Positions 46,072 to 58,932 of a DNA stretch of 64,000 nucleotides are shown piece by piece. The notes below the pieces were generated by a model, which searched no databases, was not told where the DNA came from, and worked only from the letters and a program-made list of their open reading frames with translations. The position numbers and the translations under genes were made by a program. How positions within the stretch are numbered: the stretch's first letter is position 1; the number at the start of each line of letters is the position of its first letter. Location of the stretch: contig NIVC01001411.1 of NCBI GenBank assembly GCA_002269645.1, forward strand, positions 62,001 through 126,000, written 5' to 3'. The stretch is from Macrostomum lignano. Lineage: Eukaryota.

Positions 46072-48923
46072 TTAACGGGTCAGCAGGGTCGACAGCAAGG
46101 CTCCGAGCAGTGCAGCCATCGACAGTTGCAGCCACGTGGCTCCGGCCAACCTGCCAGACGAACCGGAAGTCGTGGTTTGCGGTGGCGGCGCGGTGGTCAC
46201 TGGCGGCGCGGCGGTCGAGGTGTACCAGTCATCGCCGGGACACTCGGAGCTCCACGTCAGAGGCTCGCTGCTATTCTTGTTCGCTTCAGTCAGGAAGTCG
46301 AACAGCGGCCTGAAGTACCTGATCAGGGGTGCGGCGCTGACCTCCCGAGTGCCAGTCAGCTCCTCCAGCGTGTCCTCCCAGTGCTTGGATGAGCCGGCGG
46401 CCAGCATTTTCCTGTTCAATGCAGACGGCAGAGTTGCCCAATGTCAGGGAAGGAATGGTGTCTATAAATTGGAAGGCCTCGGGTACAAGGTGGTGCTGAG
46501 TTTGCTGGGTAGTGACGGTGGGCAAGGCTCAGACTCACTTAAGCGCGTCGCCGGCCTCCTTGCTCTGGTAAAAGTCGCACTTGTAAAGCGGGCCGGTATG
46601 ACCGGACTTATTGCACAGCGCCTCGTAGAACTGGAACTGCAGGAAGTGGCTGACAAAGTAGCGAATGTAGGGCGTGTTTCCGGGCACGTGGTACTTGGCC
46701 CCGGGGTCGAAGTCATCCTCGCTGCGCGGCACGGGGCTGGAGATGCCCTGCAGGTCGCAACGCAGCTTCCACCACGCCGAGTTGTACTGCTGAGGCGTCA
46801 CTTCGCCTTTGAAGACGCTCCAGCGCCACTTGTCGATGAGGTAGCCGAACGGGATGAACGCCAGCTTTTTCAGCGCCATGAGGAACATGTAGTTCACGTA
46901 GTACTCGTTGGAATCGATGGTGGAGTTGAGCAGACCAATCTTCACCAGGTGCTCGGGGGTCATCACCGCCAGCTCGATCGTGTCGCCAACGGCCTCGTGG
47001 AAGCCAGGGTTGGCGCCGTCCCTGAACGGCACGGGCTGCTTCTCGTACTGCATGAAATACTGGATGTGCCCCATCTCGTGGTGCGTGGTGGCCAGATACG
47101 GCAGGGTGACGCTGGTGCACTGCTTGACCCGGAAGTCGCCCTCGTTGGTGTAGAAGTCCCACGCGGAGGCGTGGCAGTTCATTTCAACGTTAGGCAGTCG
47201 ATCCATGACCGTCTTGGCCCAGAATGTGTCCGTCATATTGCCCAGGCCAAGGCTAGCAAAGAACTCTTCGCTTACTCGGAACATCGTTGTAGAATTCCAG
47301 CCCTAAAATGCGGGGGCAGAGACGCCGTCAGTCTGCATGGGCCGTACGTTATGGAACAGATTACTTGTAGTACATCTTCCCTAAATTTCACATCCTTAGG
47401 TAGTGGTTTTTAGAATTTTTTGACTTGTCTTCATTGCAACTCCAAGCTAACGCCAAGAGCCTCACTTCTAAGAAAGTCGCGAGCAGCTGCAGGGTTACAG
47501 TTGAGTCACGAGCTAGAATACGAATAGCGAATGCAAACCTTTCGCAGCATCTCCTTGGTGATGTCGACAGTCCAGGATTCCGGATAAGGCATGGTCAGAT
47601 GGTCCACGTTAGCCCAGCTCTGGGCCCACATGTTGCCGAGGATGTGCGCCGGCAGGTGATTTGTGAGCGGAAAAATTTCGGACCCGAAGTGAGGCCTGAG
47701 CTTGCTGCGCACGTAGGCGTGAAGCAGGCTGTAGTAGGGCTTGAACTCCGTCCACAGCGTTTCCATCGTCTGCTCAAAGTCGCTAGTGGGCTCGTACCAG
47801 GACTGCCAGTACTCTGCCAGGTTCGCGTAGCCAGCCTCCCGGATCATCGCGTTGCCAAGGTGGACGAACTCTTCGTAATCGTTCTTCATCTTCTTGCCGG
47901 ACTCGTCGCGCCAGCCAACCCAGAAGTCGCGCTTGACCGACTGCGGGACGTCCGGGTCAGCCATGGCCGCAACGATGTCTGTGGGGGATTTCACGATACT
48001 GTCACTTACCCTTTTATGTGGATTAGAACAAGGTCAATCCGTTTCACAGATGCTGTACTGACAAATGAATAATATTTGAAAACAGAGTTCAGGTTAGTGC
48101 CGTTGCTAGGCAATTCGTCTCTTGACAGACGAAATAAGGATGTCAAAAATGCACTATCTAACTTCTTACTCTAAGACCACAGCAGACTTACTGGGCTCCA
48201 GGGGTACCATATCGCCGCTGCGAGGATCCTTCACTTTCGCTGTGTTGTAGAACGTAGCCAGTCGAGTTCTGACGCTGCTGTACTGCATTTGTACGATAGA
48301 GACAGAGAGAGAGGGAGAGGGAGCAGTTATTGATTTGCTAGCAAATTCATTTTTCACAAAAGATCAGCAGTTTCCGTGTTTGAATATCCGTGTAAATTTC
48401 CGCTACCTACCGGTATACCCCGTCATGACTCTGTTTACTTTACTCGATTTTCTTAGAAACAAGTTGGAGGCCGGTAAGGAAAAACCTCATTGCTATGCGT
48501 TCTCTGGAGCTTCTCTGCAGCCTCCCCTCCCGTTGAACATTCAACTGCGAGCCTCACCAGCTCCTGCATGGTCGCATTCGCCACAGACGTTCCGATGTCG
48601 TCCGACTTGCTGAACAGTCGCGTCAGGTTTTTGTCGGTGAAATTTCTCCAAGCAAATTGTTGCATTTCGGTGCGTTTCAGCTTGAGAAACTCCGTCAGCT
48701 TGAGCTCGGCCTCAACTCGTTTGCGCGAGTTCTCATCAGTGATGTTCACGGCGTAGTTCCAGCCGGCCTCCACAGCCAGGTTCCTCTGCACCGCCAGGTC
48801 CAAGTTGAACTGCTCAAACCATTGCCTAGCTGCTGTCTCGTTTGTACTGCCACTGGCATGGCAACAGCCTAGCAACAGCACTAGCAGCAGCGGCACAGCC
48901 AGCCGGTTGCTAAGAGTCCGCAT
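46072..48923 (-). CDS. ACE: Angiotensin-converting enzyme-like peptidyl dipeptidase (peptidase M2), single domain, about 666 aa
   Basis: Exons 48923-48558, 48282-48192, 47978-47539, 47302-46539 and 46411-46072 total 2001 nt with matching phases. Signal peptide; HHEMGH zinc motif; GANPGFHEAVGD; DFDPGAKYHVP; LPAHILGNMWAQSW. Confidence 0.96.
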
Positions 48924-50102
48924 ATTCGCAACGCACACTGCAAGGCAGCTACTGAATCAGGCTCGAGTAGACCAAGCGGTCAAGTGCATCCAGTTAAAAA
49001 TGGATTTTCTTATCGGCCGGGCGACAGCTCCGGGCAGGCAATTCGCCATCGAGTTGCGATAATAAGGAAAGTTTAGCGGCTCACAAGGCTTTGCTCAACT
49101 CGGCCTTGAGGCGAACGATGGCACCTGGGAACGCCCCAAAGCCGATAGAGCTTATCGGGCTTATCGGCAGGTCTTGCGGCAACGAAGATTATGTGCAGCA
49201 CGTCTCTGAGCTGTGCTTGTTTGAACATTGAACAGATTTGTCCGCCACATTCTGTTTTTCTTGTGAACTGGCTATCTCGCCAAACTGCTGGTTGAATTAA
49301 AGTGACGGGAGGCAAGCAATGCTGGTTGCAGTCTGCGGCACTCGAAGCATGCAGTTTTTTACCTCGCTCCGGCAGTCAGCTGGCGCTTTTGCTATGAAGT
49401 TAAGGGACAAAGAATGTAGCAGTCAGCTTGCAGTCTCTGCTCTCAAGCCCGCCCACAGAGAGGCTGCAGTATATTTAGCCCATACAATAGGACTCAAAAA
49501 GCAAGCACATTGTGGAATTAACATTTCAATGCACACGCATTGGCAAAAGAAATTAGCAGACTCAGCTTCATCAGAACTACCTTTGCTAAATAATAGAATC
49601 AATTGTTTTCATGCATAGAATTCACGCAATAGTGCAAGCAGCTAGGCAAAAAGACGTACACATGAAAAGGATCACAAATATGCATTACAGACACCCATAG
49701 AGTGCAGAACTCACAGGAAGATAATATATGACTGATAAGACTCCTGATTTTCCAAAAGGAGATAAATTAAAACTTTCTGTCGAAGCGACAAGACTTCTGA
49801 AGCGTGAGACTTGTGCGCAATTTCACGACACTGTCGTGCAACTATCGACTGTACTTTAGCTACTTATCACAATATTCCAGTGTAAGATTAGTATAGTGTA
49901 ATTAGACAGGTTAAAAAGTTACAAGAAATGACGGGACACAGCAGGACCCAATGAACAGAGCTCTCTGGTGGTGCGACTTGCAGCTTGAAATGTTCGGCTG
50001 GGACAGCCAGGCCCGTGGATCTGCCGCTCCCCAGCCAGCGAGAACCAACGTCAGTTTTCTGCCCTCGACTCGCTGCGCCTCCCAGAACACCATGCAGCAG
50101 CT

Positions 50103-53030
50103 TCACTCGAACCGCATCAGCAACAGCTGTCTGCGCTTCTGTTCCTCTGTTACTCCGAGCGGCTCGTCCGACAGCTCCACCTCGTCAGCTGCCTCCTCCG
50201 TCTTGCGGTTGTTCATCGGCTCCAGGCGAATCTCGTCAGTTTGAAATCGGAGGCTGCGCTGGGCAGCTGGCTTCGGCTGCTGCAGCTTCTTTCTGCGCGG
50301 CGGCCGGCCCAGAGCCAGCGCCATGTTCCGCCGGAAATTGGCGCTCCACACGCAGTAGATGAAGAAGTTCACGGCCGAGTTCAGTAGAGTGAGCAGCGAG
50401 CCAATCGAGTAGAAGTACGAGTAGAACCAGTTGCCCTTCTCAAAGTTGGTGTCGAGCAGCAGCTGCCAGACCGCGCCGGGCAGCTCGGTAGCCACAAATA
50501 CGGCGATTATGACCACCAGCATCTTCGTGTCCTCAGTCCGTCGTGTCGCCTCCCGCGTGATGGTGGCTCGAATCCGGGACGCCACCAGCAGGCTGCGGAT
50601 CAGCAGTGCGTTGAACACCAGCAGCCAGAGCACCGGGCCGAGTGACAGGAAGATAAAGTGCATCAGCTTCTTGTACACCAGCATGTACACATAGCCAAGA
50701 CGCTCCGGCTGGGCTTGGCTGACGTTCAGCGGCAGGCAGCGGTGCGGCACAACAGTGTACTCCAGCAGTAGCGGCAGGTTGTACAGCAGCGAGGCGGCCG
50801 ACACGGAGATGCAGTAAATCCGGGACCTGCGCGGGTTGCTGCGACGGCCAGACATAAATGGATTCTGCACCACGGTGTAGCGGTCCAGAGCGACGATCAG
50901 GATGATCCAATTGCGGGCGGTCCGGGCGGCGCTGCCGAGGTACCAGACGGCCGGCAGGGCAACCTGGATGGCCGGGCTGGCGTTCAGCAGTGTCTGCAGC
51001 TGGACTCCAGCGCTGTCGCGGACCAGCACGCCGAGGCCCATATAGACCACGATGTAGGGCGCCGACAGACCGATGAACACCGTGTCGACTGCGGGCATCA
51101 GAGGTGGAGAGTTGGGGTGGGATCGAGGTTGGAGGAGGTTGACGACGCCCCGAGTTTGAAAATCTCTGCAGACTTAAGAAATTTCGCACGAGACCACCCC
51201 ATGGAAACCCATTGTAGAAGTTTCCTCACGTACTCAGAACCGGCTTACACACCCCAAGACAGCCCTTTGCAGCTCAAAACACACTCATCTCGCACATGTA
51301 CATACACATGACGCACTGAAGTCCCTCGACTCTTCTAGAATCTCTCCATTCAAGCACAATAATTATTCGTTTTCTTCTTTACCACCCATTCATGCACCAG
51401 ATTCCTCCATCACTGACTGTTCTTCGCTGCTCTTCTTAACCTCTCCATCGTCCATCCGGTCCATTCCTTCAGGTCATCTTCCTCCTGATGTCCGTAATAT
51501 TTGAGCTTTCTCCGCTTGATGATCTCATCCATAGATACTGGTTCCTTTCCCAATGCCTCCTTAACAACAAAATACACGGTCAGCGTCACAGGCCGCGCCT
51601 CAGGGCCAGGTCGCGAACGAACGCGTGCGCCGGCGTCAGCCAGCAGGCAGTCGACGAAACGCCGAGTGCGGCCTGTCCTTAACTTTTCTCCAAACCCGGG
51701 AATTTGTTTCTTTCTTTTCCCATGTAATCCTTAGCATTCTTCTGTAATATTCCATTTCAAACGCTTTGAGATGGATAATTAGCCGGCGGCAATCAACGGA
51801 ACAGCTTGAGACGTCACGGAGCGCAGCTGACCAGCGAGCTGCATTTGAATTCCTAGAGCTTCCCGCCCTAAGCAAGATCAGGTGTTTTCCCGAGCACAGA
51901 TTAGCTTCACATAATTGTGGTTGCTGTGCTTCTGCCTGCTCAATTTGGTACACAGAGCAGCTCTCCAGCTGGCTTCCTGTGCAACAGAACCTCTCGCACT
52001 CGCACCAACCCAGTAATTATTCGCCAGCTTGGCCGGCACAACTACAGCCAGGCCTTCATTTCCTGCGTCAGCGAATGACTGAGCGACTTGCGAACCAAAC
52101 CGGAATTTGGCAACGTTCAACTGGCTCGCAATGTCCTGCCTAGTTTAGTTGTCAATCCTAAACTAAAAAATCCCCAAAGGGGACAGATGACAAAGCTTTC
52201 TGTTTGCTTTTTTTCGTTTCACAAAAAAAGTTTTCAGGTCACACGATTGGGTTTCTGGTAATAGAAATGAAATAATAATACTTAAACAAACTTTACAAGA
52301 ACGACTGTAGGTTTGGTTGCAATGAGTGTAGGTTTGGTTGCAATGAGTGTAGGTTTGGTTGCAGTGAGTGTAGGTTTGGTTGCAGTGAGTGTAGGTTTGG
52401 TTGCAATGAGTGTAGGTTTGGTTGCAATGAGTGTAGGTTTGGTTGCAATGAGTGTAGGTTTGGTTGCCAGAAGCAGGGGTTGCAAGGGGCGGCGGTTGCC
52501 AGGAGCAGGGGTTGCAGGGGCGGGGGTTGCCAGGAGCAGGGGTTGCAGGGGCGGGGGTTGCCAGGAGCAGGGGTTGCAAGGGGCGGGGGTTGCCAGGAGC
52601 AGGGGTTGCAAGGGGCGGGGGTTGCCAGGAGCAGGGGTTGCAAGGGGCGGGGGTTGCAAGGGGCGGGGGTTGCCAGTAACAGGGGTTGCAAGGGGCGGGG
52701 GTTGCCAGTAACAGGGGTTGCAAGGGGCGGGGGTTGCCAGGAGCAGGGGTTGCAAGGGGCGGGGGTTGCCAGTAGCAGGGGTTGCAAGGCCTACTTACAG
52801 GTGGACAGCGCCAATAGCAGGACGCTCATTGAGGACTTTCCGATGTCCCGCTTCAGCACCAGAACGGAGAGCGAGTTGAGCACCAGGCCCATCACAAAGA
52901 TCAGGGAGGACAGGATGACGTCAGTCAGGAGAATGAACCGCTTCTCGAAGGCGTTGAAGTGGTCAGCCAGACATGACTCGTTCAATTCGCTGTCATTCAG
53001 CGCTAGCAGAGAAATGTTGCTCGAATTCAT
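50103..53030 (-). CDS. Rhodopsin-class peptide GPCR, FMRFamide-receptor-like, about 405 aa
   Basis: Exons 53030-52799 and 51088-50103 join in phase 1. Seven hydrophobic segments; GLVLNSLSV, LALSTFD, ALDRY, YNLP, TELP and NSAVNFFIYC motifs; N-glycosylation sites in the N-terminus. Confidence 0.91.
51350..51790 (-). mobile_element. Old RTE-type LINE 3' remnant in the GPCR intron
   Basis: With the nested insert removed it reads LKAFEMEYYRRMLRITWEKKETNSRVWRKVKEALG...IIKRRKLKYYGH...DDLKEWTG...WRNLV, the typical RTE ORF2 C-terminus. Confidence 0.72.
51566..51675 (-). mobile_element. 110-bp 5'-truncated LINE copy nested in the RTE remnant
   Basis: Homologous to 58775-58890 (CGTCGACTGYCTGCTGGCTGACGCCGGCGC), with a TTGTT tail. 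TSD TCCTTAAC at 51558-51565 and 51676-51683. Confidence 0.8.
52307..52788. repeat. Two abutting minisatellites (21 bp and about 32 bp) in the GPCR intron
   Basis: GTAGGTTTGGTTGCAATGAGT followed by GGGGTTGCCAGGAGCAGGGGTTGCAAGGGGCG; both share GGTTGC. Confidence 0.94.
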
Positions 53031-53490
53031 TATGCAATTTGGCTTCCACTGCAATGTCAGGCGGAGCTTCTGCCGGGCTAAGGCCGGCGGGTATTTCTAG
53101 TGGGAAGCCGAGAGAGGCAGGCTGGCTAGGGAAGGGGAGTCCAGCCAATGGGAACTGAGAGAAACAGAACAGGGAATGAGAGGCCAGGGCACGCCTGCTT
53201 GGAATATGTCTCTGAAAAGTCTATCCATGGCCGAGTGGGGCCGTGTTGACGAAAACCGAAACTGATGGGAGCGCTAGAGAGAGAGGGAGGGAGAGAGAGA
53301 CGCTGCAGTGCATTGTCCTTTGCCCGCCCTTCTTATTGTACCTGTGCGCTGCATTCAGCATCTGGATTGAGGATGGAAGATTCGCTGTCTGAAAATCAAT
53401 AGTTACTCTTCCTGCATATAAATATTCCATAGGAGATATACAGCAGGATTTCAGGATACACAACAAGAAATGCAGCGAGAGGAAGGAAAG

Positions 53491-53495
<5 letters not shown>

Positions 53496-53551
<56 letters not shown>
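53496..53551. repeat. (GACA)n microsatellite
   Basis: Uninterrupted, about 14 copies. Confidence 0.95.
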
Positions 53552-53552
<1 letters not shown>

Positions 53553-54144
53553 AGCTAGAGCCAGCAGATTCGGAAGCCAGTACCAAATTTAGCATGCAGA
53601 AATTCAGCGCCAATCAGTCAGCTGAAAGCTGTTTTTTAAAGCTTTTTAAAATGCTTCGTAAATGATTCTATTCGCAGACTCGCCGACGCAAATCGCAAAT
53701 TTTATTTACCAAAAGTGCACAGCCAGGCAGAGGAGATTCGCTTCCAGTGGAAGTTTCTCGGGCGCAGATTTGCGCGCCAAATCTCCGGAAGCGACTCTCG
53801 CATTTGCATAATCAAATCGCGGGCAACAGTCAGCCTGGCCCGTCACCCCTAGCAACAATTCATCGCGTTAATGCAGTTCTGAAAGCATTGCCCCTGGCCT
53901 TGCAATCCAGACTGGGGGTTTTTGCAAATAGACCGAGTTTTTGCTTCCAGATCTGCTTCAAAACCCGATTGTTTCTCTCCTCCTCATTGTGTTCGTGCGC
54001 CTAATAATTGACTCAGAGTTTAGGGCTGCATCGAACCCAACTCATCTGAGAGGTTCGCCCGAATGCTCATATAACTCGCAGGCTCTCTCCGGTGCTTGGA
54101 TGCAAAGCAGCTCAGCGTCCTAACTCTCGCGCGCACATCCCCTT

Positions 54145-54460
54145 GATCCCGTTGTAGCCTAGTGGTTAGAGCGTCGGACTCACGACTTGAAGGTCGGGGG
54201 TTCGATTCCCGATCCTACTGGAACAGTTTGCGTCCTTGAGCAAGACACAACTCTGCACTGCTGCAGTTCACACAGCTGTAAAATGGGTGCCAGCATTAGC
54301 TGGGGTAATTGAGGGTGTGTGTGGTGACCCCCAGTCCTTGGACTGAACAGCCGTACGCAGCCTTCAGATGAGCCGCGCAATGGCTGCGGCTGAGCTGTCG
54401 GTAGCACATCTGGCCGAATTGAGGCAGGTGTAATTGGTTATTAAAATTATTTATTAATTT
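54145..54460 (+). mobile_element. tRNA-derived SINE with a CORE-like central domain
   Basis: Pol III A box TAGCCTAGTGG (54155) and B box GGTTCGATTCC (54199). The acceptor stem does not pair. Followed by TGCGTCCTTGAGCAAGACAC...CTGTAAAATGGG. The 3' end is uncertain. Confidence 0.7.
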
Positions 54461-55024
54461 GTCTGCGCACAGTATCGGCGCGCTTGTGTGTGCTCAGGAG
54501 TCAGCAGAATTGACGATGATGATGTGGTCAACGAAGGCGTTGCGCCGGGGTGCCTGCAGCCCTCAGATAGGGTTTTCCCCACCCTCACTTGTCTTAGTTC
54601 TCAGGTCTCACCCAGCTGCCGAATCCCCAGTCATTATCCCAAATGCCAGGAATGGCACGAAGCGATCCAGCCAAACTTGTTTTTATATTTCGATAAACAA
54701 GCCTCCGACGCGCACCTGCCGCATGGCCTGCAGAGGCACTCAAGCGTAAAAAATTAGTTTCCAATTGCAAATTATTCCAATACTCGATCGAAATACAGCC
54801 GCCCACAAGCGGAAAAAACATCTGTGACCTGAGTGGGAGGGGCGTCGAGCCTCCCCGATGCCCAATTATGGTTCATTTGAGGCGAGGTCTGACTGCTTTC
54901 TTTCTGTTTATATGATTTTCTACGCACAACACTTGTCAGATGAACCGACAGAACAACAAGTTCATACTTGCCTGTAGGGAGTGCTAACGCATAGCTAACA
55001 CTTCCTGAGGAGCCTCAGTCTGAC

Positions 55025-55953
55025 CCACCCGCATTATCTGAGCTACACCCACCTGCATCATCTGAGCTACACCCACCTGCATCATCTGAGCTACACCCAC
55101 CTGCATCATCTGAGCTACACCCACCTGCATCATCTGAGCTACACCCACCTGCATCATCTGAGCTACACCCACCTGCATCATCTGAGCTACACCCACCTGC
55201 ATCATCTGAGCTACACCCACCTGCATCATCTGAGCTACACCCACCTGCATCATCTGAGCTACACCCACCTGCATCATCTGAGCTACACCCACCTGCATCA
55301 TCTGAGCTACACCCACCTGCATCATCTGAGCTACACCCACCTGCATCATCTGAGCTACACCCACCTGCATCATCTGAGCTACACCCACCTGCATCATCTG
55401 AGCTACGCCCACCTGCATCATCTGAGCTACACCCACCTGCATCATCTGAGCTACACCCACCTGCATCATCTGAGCTACAACCACCTGCATCATCTGAGCT
55501 ACACCCACCTGCATCATCTGAGCTACACCCACCTGCATCATCTGAGCTACACCCACCTGCATCATCTGAGCTACACCCACCTGCATCATCTGAGCTACAC
55601 CCACCTGCATCATCTGAGCTACACCCACCTGCATCATCTGAGCTACACCCACCTGCATCATCTGAGCTACACCCACCTGCATCATCTGAGCTACACCCAC
55701 CTGCATCATCTGAGCTACACCCACCTGCATCATCTGAGCTACACCCACCTGCATCATCTGAGCTACACCCACCTGCATCATCTGAGCTACACCCACCTGC
55801 ATCATCTGAGCTACGCCCACCTGCATCATCTGAGCTACACCCACCTGCATCATCTGAGCTACACCCACCTGCATCATCTGAGCTACATCCACCTGCATCA
55901 TCTGAGCTACATCCACCTGCATCATCTGAGCTACACCCACCTGCATCATCTGA
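55025..55953. repeat. Highly homogeneous 24-bp minisatellite, about 38 copies
   Basis: Unit CTGAGCTACACCCACCTGCATCAT; source of the VAQMMQVG ORF. Confidence 0.98.
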
Positions 55954-57404
55954 GGTTCATAAAATTGTTTACCTCTCAGCTGGAACAGATGAGGAAATTG
56001 GATTTCGAACCGCACCTAGGACAGGATATTGATTAGAAATTCTTTGTTTCCTGAGAATTGCCTGAGATCACAGAATTATGGCGGGAAGCGGAGGTTCCCA
56101 GATAGATGGAGCACAAAGGCAGGGATAAAAGAGGAACAAAGCAGGAATCTGAATCTTTGATTAGAGGAGGCGGAAGCGGTGCGGGGAAGGCAAAGACAAA
56201 GGGGAGAGGCGGACACTGATCCCGTTTGAGCGCCGCATTCACCGAGAGAGTTCTTTTGTGGCAAAATTTTCAATAATTTCAGCTAATTATAACTGGCTAA
56301 GGTGTCTCAGAGGAAAAAAGTTTTAATACGCAAAATTTTAACAATAAGATCTCATAAAAACCTACGGGTTGGAGAGCGTAATGAAGAGTCCGTTAATGGT
56401 TAAAACAGGCAGTGCCGACCGTAATCAGGAAACTTAATTTCAAGAGGAAAAAATTAGTGGTGGGAATGGAAAATTAATAAATTAAAAAATTTTTTTTTGA
56501 AAAATGGTTAAAAAAGATAAGACCCCTGCTACCCTTGCCGCTGGGCCACCAATAAAGGGCTTCTGGTAATGGCGTAAAGCATAGGAATCTAGTCCTTGAG
56601 AATCTCAACCCTTGGAGTCTCACCAGCCCGTCAGACTCACCCTTCCAGTAGCGTCGAACCTCTTGAGCTCCCCCTCCAAGAGCTACGAGCACTCACCCAT
56701 CGAAGCTATCGTATGCTTTGAGACCCGCACCCTGTGAGGATCGAATACCCTTGAAAACCTTGAGCTACGATATCAAAGTTGAGAGCCCACAGCTATTTAT
56801 AGAGAATTAATGCAGGCCTCTCAGAGTCTGCGAGCCCACGCCAGCACCCCCAGCTCTCCGACACGCTCTCTCAGAGATTCAATTTTACCCCGTCTTGAGC
56901 TCGAAAACATCTGCGGTTTTCAACCGGGGCCGGCCGCAGGAGCAGCAATCTGAAGCCGAGGCCAGGAGCCGCTCTCTCGGGCGGCCACGCCACGCCATGC
57001 ACTTTATTAAACCGAGAGAACCCAGGGTCAACTCTGCTCGAAGCTCTGTAAAGCTCTATTCAATACTAGAAGCAATACTCGCGGCTGAGCGGAGGTGCTC
57101 TGCCGGGCCTGGCCATCAATCACCCAATCACGCCACTGCACTGGAAATCAGAAGAACAAAAATACAAGGCAAACAGGGACAGCCGCGTAGCCAACTGTGA
57201 GTAATGTGGAGAATCCAAGAATTTATCACCCCAATATAACATTGCTGCAGAGGGCAAGAGGAGCACCGTGTGGGGCTGTAAAACAACTTCTACAGTCATG
57301 TGACTGCATGGCGAGTGTATTAAGCGCTTGCCTGACTGTGTGCAGACGTGATTTACAGAATTGAGGATCTTCTAATGATTATTTAGATAGCTTTGAGAGC
57401 TCCA

Positions 57405-58000
57405 TATTTGAGACTTGAAATCTTACCTTCGAGGTCTGGATATCTCACATTTGATATCTAAAAATCTCACCTTTGAGATCTGGATATTTTACCTTTAAGT
57501 CAAGAAATCCCACCTTCGAGGTCTGGAAATCTCAAATTTGAGATCAGGAAAAAATCTCACCTTGAGGTCAGTCTGGAAATCTCACCTTTGAGGTCTGGAA
57601 ATCTCACCTTTGAGATCTGGAAATCTCGCATTTGATATCTAAAAATCTCACCTTTGAGATCTGGAAATCCCACTTTTGAGGTCTGGATATTTCACCTTTA
57701 AGTCAAGAAATCACACCTTTGAGGTCTGGAAATCTCAAATTTGAGATCAGGAAAAAATCTCACTTTGAGGTCTAGAAATCTCAGCTTTGAGATCTGGAAA
57801 TCTTACTTTTGAAGTCTGGAAATTTCACCTTTAAGTCAAGAAATCCCACCTTTGAGGTCTGGAAATCTCAAATTTGAGATCCGGAAATCTCACCTTGAGG
57901 TCTGGAAATCTCAACTTGAGGTCTGGAAATCTCATCTTGAGGTCTGGAAATTTCATCTCGAGATCTGAAAGTCTCACCTTTGAGGACTGAAAATCTCACC
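57405..58000. repeat. Degenerate repeat of about 20 bp (GAGGTCTGGAAATCTCACCTTT) with higher-order blocks
   Basis: Blocks TTTAAGTCAAGAAATC and AAATTTGAGATC each recur three times. Confidence 0.88.
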
Positions 58001-58450
58001 AACGTGGTCCCGAGACCCCGTATTAAACGTTAAAGGACTCTATTACCGGAATTAACCTTCGAACTTCAACCAAAATTTTACAAGGTTGACAAACGTAAAA
58101 AGATGGAGCAAAAACGTTCTGCCGCACACGCCAATCTTGTATACCAGTCACAAGCAGACAGCGGAGCGAAGCCCGTTCATTACAAGAGAAAAGAACAACA
58201 AACCGTGGCTGCCATAAAGCAGCAGACAGCGGCTCCACTCTCTCCCAGCCGCCCTTCCTCATATTTCACTGCACCAGCTGACCAGCCGAGTAATTATATT
58301 ACGAAGTAGCACCAGGGCTAGTGGCAAGACAGCTCAAGGAGATCTATATACTCGTAGATTCTAACTCTGGAGCGGAAGCTGATTGATTGGCCGAAGCCTG
58401 CTCTTTCAACTTGATTGAGCTGGCCCCAGATATTAAGTTGACAACAAAGA

Positions 58451-58932
58451 TATTAAGTTGCCAGAGGGCGGCGCTGTTCCAGGCGGTGATCGAGACCGTC
58501 CTGTTATACAACGCCGAGACCTGGACGCTGACAGACTCGCTCGAGGCTCAAGTCGACGCGGCGCACGCTGGCCTGCTGCGCGCCGCCTTCAAGATCGGCA
58601 ACGAGCGAGTCACCAACACGGCGCTCTATCATCGCGCCGGCCTGGCCCGTCCTAGCGATCTGCTGCGCCGTCGGCGACTCCAGCTGGCAGGCCACGTCAT
58701 CCGCGCCGAGGCCTTCTGTCCGGAGCCGGTGCAGGAGGTGCTGCTACTTACGTTGCAGGCACCCTACCGGCGGGGACAGGCGAAGACTCGGCGCTACGTC
58801 GACTGTCTGCTGGCTGACGCCGGCGCCCCGGACTCTGCCGGCGGTGCGGCTTTTGTTCGCGCCCAAGCTTTGAAGCGCGCCATCTGACGCCGCTTTTGTG
58901 AACTGGCAGCGTACTCTGTTGTTGTTGTTGTT
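58451..58932 (+). mobile_element. 5'-truncated LINE (RTE/L2-type ORF2 C-terminus) with a (GTT)n tail
   Basis: Reads LFQAVIETVLLYNAETWTL...RRRRLQLAGHVIR...; short 3'UTR; (GTT)n tail; 14-bp TSD GTTGACAACAAAGA at 58437-58450 and 58933-58946. Confidence 0.88.

Noticed and set aside
46136-48072. Plus-strand ORFs of 425 and 215 aa
   Set aside because: Antisense shadows of the GC-rich ACE exons.
54145-54222. Functional tRNA-Val(CAC)
   Set aside because: The acceptor and anticodon stems do not pair properly and the sequence runs into a SINE body.
54984-56015. 343-aa VAQMMQVG repeat protein
   Set aside because: A 24-bp unit with no stop in one frame. There is no credible start context, splice signal or non-repeat domain.
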